A stretch of 64,000 nt of DNA, taken from positions 32,001 to 96,000 of the forward strand of contig CAVYSE010000007.1 of assembly GCA_963771075.1 (NCBI GenBank), read 5' to 3'. Made by a program: the position numbers and the translations under genes. The notes beneath the pieces were generated by a model. That model was not told the DNA's origin. It worked only from the letters and a program-made list of their open reading frames with translations, and did not search any database. This document shows, piece after piece, positions 61,516-64,000 of this stretch. The DNA is from a candidate division FCPU426 bacterium (GTDB lineage: Bacteria; Oederibacteriota; Muellerivitia; Muellerivitales; Muellerivitaceae). Every line of letters starts with the position of its first letter. The stretch's first letter is position 1.

Positions 61516-62618
61516 GGTTAAGACCGGTGACCCTTTTGCCCATCCTTTGGGGGCTTTTCTTATTGTCCATCCCCTTGCATGGACAGGAGGGTAACGAAAA
61601 TGGAATAAAAATCCTGGGAAACTTTTCGCCTTTACAGGCGGGGCTACGGTTGGATGACAACGTTTTTAGGTCAACCATGGATTCGGGGGTGGTATCGGAT
61701 CTTATTACTTCCGTTGATTTCGGTTACACCTTGAGTTCCGTGTTGGAGAATTGGCGAGCGGAATTGCGTTATGAAGGGGGAGGGGATAGCTATACAACAT
61801 ACGATATTCTCGACAATTTCCGAAATGATGGGGTCATATCCATCGATTGCATTCAAGGAGCTTTTCAGTTTTATTTTGAGAAGGAATTGTACTTAACCAC
61901 CAGCCATTACGACGATTTTAATTATATTGAAGATGGACTTCTGCTGGGTGTCCAGTGGAACCCCGCCAATCCGATAAATTTAGAACTAAAATATAAGAAC
62001 CTTTCAAGGGAATATGGGAATCAGGCACAAGATGTTTGGTCACAGAATTTTCTCGATAATTCCTTGGCCATCGATGCGCATTTGGAAATGGACAATCGAT
62101 TGACGCTCGGGGCAGAAGGGACCTATGCGAATCGGCAATACAATCGGTACGCCCTAGTGCAAGCTGACTCCGATCCAGCTAGTTATGTACAAACCGGTTA
62201 CCTCCAAACCGACCAAAACTATGGAATCCTTTTATCAGCACAAGTTTATATTGAATCGATACTGCAAAACCTTACGATCCAGCATCAAAGGACGGATTCC
62301 AATTGTTACGGATTTTCGAATACGGTGGATAGCTTTTCGTGGGCCGCGGTTGTTCGACCGGTGAAAAATTTCTACCTACAACTCTTTGTTCGCTTATTCG
62401 CGAAAACTTACGATCAAGCGCCTTTAATTGACCCTTTTTTGCAAGTCGGGTTCACGGATGAGGATAGCCAAGATCTGTTGTCGGCTAAGGTGACGTGGGA
62501 AATCGCTCCCGGTTGGTCAAGTGGGTTTACCTATAGCCGAATGAAAAATGAGTCCACTCAGCCGGGGGAGTATTACATAAAAAATGTTGAAGCTTTTCAA
62601 ATTGAACGAAAATTCTAG
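61512..62618 (+). CDS. Hypothetical outer-membrane beta-barrel protein
   Basis: Signal peptide, early DDNVF motif, alternating strands, C-terminal Phe (FQIERKF). Confidence 0.75.
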   Translation: MRLRPVTLLPILWGLFLLSIPLHGQEGNENGIKILGNFSPLQAGLRLDDNVFRSTMDSGVVSDLITSVDFGYTLSSVLENWRAELRYEGGGDSYTTYDILDNFRNDGVISIDCIQGAFQFYFEKELYLTTSHYDDFNYIEDGLLLGVQWNPANPINLELKYKNLSREYGNQAQDVWSQNFLDNSLAIDAHLEMDNRLTLGAEGTYANRQYNRYALVQADSDPASYVQTGYLQTDQNYGILLSAQVYIESILQNLTIQHQRTDSNCYGFSNTVDSFSWAAVVRPVKNFYLQLFVRLFAKTYDQAPLIDPFLQVGFTDEDSQDLLSAKVTWEIAPGWSSGFTYSRMKNESTQPGEYYIKNVEAFQIERKF

Positions 62619-62797
62619 CGTGAACGCTCGGAATTGCCTATTTCACCCTAAAGGCGCTACGAATTGACTTCGCTCAGAGCCAATCGATATGATGATAAGG
62701 TTTTTCAGCTTGTTCATGTTTAGGAATAGCCATTGAATCGGTTTTATTCAAGAGACAGGTTAAAAGTTAACCAATCCCGTACAAAACGGCCAAAAAA

Positions 62798-63802
62798 ATG
62801 AAAAAAAGGGATGACGAATTAAAGATTGATATATCCGAAATTTTCGGAGGCGATGTTACGCCCTTACAGCCGAAAACGGAAGAGCCGTCCTCGCTTGAAC
62901 CGGGTGCGCCTCCCTCCGAATCGGAACTTAACTACCAAGCTTTTATCGAAGAAAGAAATAAATTGTTGGAAGTGAAAACGGCCGAAATTGAGTCTTCCTT
63001 GCCGGTCCCCCTGCCCCCCGTTGAAGTGGTCTCGCAAAGCGATGGTCCCCCGCCATTGGCGGAACCTTCTGCTCCTCCAGAAATTGTTTCGGAGCCGGTC
63101 TCAACCCCAACGGACCCGGAAATTGATTTTAACGCCCCCATGGCTCCTCCTTTTACCGGCCCGGATAAACCGAATACCGCTTCGCCTATCATTGAGGGAC
63201 CCGTCGCGGATTCCATCGCACAAGATGCGAAAGCCCTCAAGGCGGAGGCCGCTCTAGCGGAAGCGGAAATGGCAGCCGCGGCCGAAGCCGAAGCTGCGCG
63301 GGTGGAAGCCGCCCGGCTCGCCGCTGAAAATGCAGAGGCGGCCCGTAAATTAACACTTCAAAAAGAACAATCTTTTTTTCTGCTTTTTGACGAATACCGG
63401 GCGATTATTGACCACGAATTGAAAGATTTGGTCGGAGAGCGTAAAACTCGTAACATGTTGGCTAAGACTTTCGAGATCGCCCGGGAAAAATATATGGATG
63501 TATTTCGAAACGCGAATTGGGATCCCTCGGGAAATCTTTTGGAGGATGGTTCGTTAGATGGAAATCGAATGGCGGAAAACGCTATTTCCTTGGAGGAATC
63601 CCATCGCGAGATTACCGTGGACATGGCATTGGTTTATTTGATGAACCTTCGTTTTCAGGCGATTGAGAAAGGCCTGGGTGCGGGTTTTAAGAACAAGTTA
63701 AGGGCTCGACTTCTCCAATGGGTTGTCGATAAGGCCGAGGGTGCAAATCGGGATGGCAAGGATTCCGCTCCTTTTCAACGTCTGAAACATTATTTGTCCT
63801 AA
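62798..63802 (+). CDS. Hypothetical cytoplasmic protein (Pro/Glu-rich N-half, helical C-domain)
   Basis: Long ORF with plausible composition; no recognised motif. Confidence 0.7.
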   Translation: MKKRDDELKIDISEIFGGDVTPLQPKTEEPSSLEPGAPPSESELNYQAFIEERNKLLEVKTAEIESSLPVPLPPVEVVSQSDGPPPLAEPSAPPEIVSEPVSTPTDPEIDFNAPMAPPFTGPDKPNTASPIIEGPVADSIAQDAKALKAEAALAEAEMAAAAEAEAARVEAARLAAENAEAARKLTLQKEQSFFLLFDEYRAIIDHELKDLVGERKTRNMLAKTFEIAREKYMDVFRNANWDPSGNLLEDGSLDGNRMAENAISLEESHREITVDMALVYLMNLRFQAIEKGLGAGFKNKLRARLLQWVVDKAEGANRDGKDSAPFQRLKHYLS

Positions 63803-64000
63803 AATTACGCCATAAGATGTTTAATTCATAAATGCAGTAATTTGTTTATGCCTGTGGTTCATGTCGAAATTCTTGTAAAACAAATAAAGGGTTAAAATGA
63901 CTGCCAAAATTCGGCCAATTAAATTTCTCAGATCCTTTACCCGTTTCGCGGAGGGGTCGGTGTTGGTTTGTATGGGAAACACGAAAGTGCTTTGTACGGC

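Overview
Bacterial chromosomal window from a diderm, flagellated organism; every credible gene (about 50) lies on the + strand. 2.1-19 kb is a flagellar rod/ring/hook cluster (flgF-flgG-flgA-flgH-flgI-flgJ-yvyF-like-flgM-flgN-divergent flgK-very long fliK-flgD-TIGR02530-like-flgE-[Kelch lipoprotein]-flbD). It is bracketed by three PorV/PorQ-like (UPF0164-type) beta-barrel genes and a Pro/Thr-repeat protein with a T9SS-like C-terminal domain. Next come tRNA-Phe, a four-gene islet of unknown exported proteins, and housekeeping genes (PMM/PGM, rlmH, FecR-domain, dinG, ruvB, MCP, GldAFG-like ABC, tatC, transaldolase, SpoIID). Two giant paralogous surface lipoproteins follow, built from near-identical carbohydrate-binding-like modules, then uvrBC and a sigma54 two-component locus. 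Non-coding highlights: (i) the same covarying stem-GGA-stem/stem-A-stem RNA hairpin in the leaders of both flgG and flgE, (ii) four sigma28-like promoters, three sharing a variant -10 box (NCCGTTAG), two of them in front of non-flagellar genes, (iii) a sigma54 promoter for the first giant lipoprotein, (iv) three copies of a ~170-bp MITE, one with a nested hairpin insertion. Frameshifts cluster at 13.7-20.8 kb and are most likely consensus errors, but are densest in the variable part of flgE. All family assignments come from motif recognition by eye; no database searches were run.
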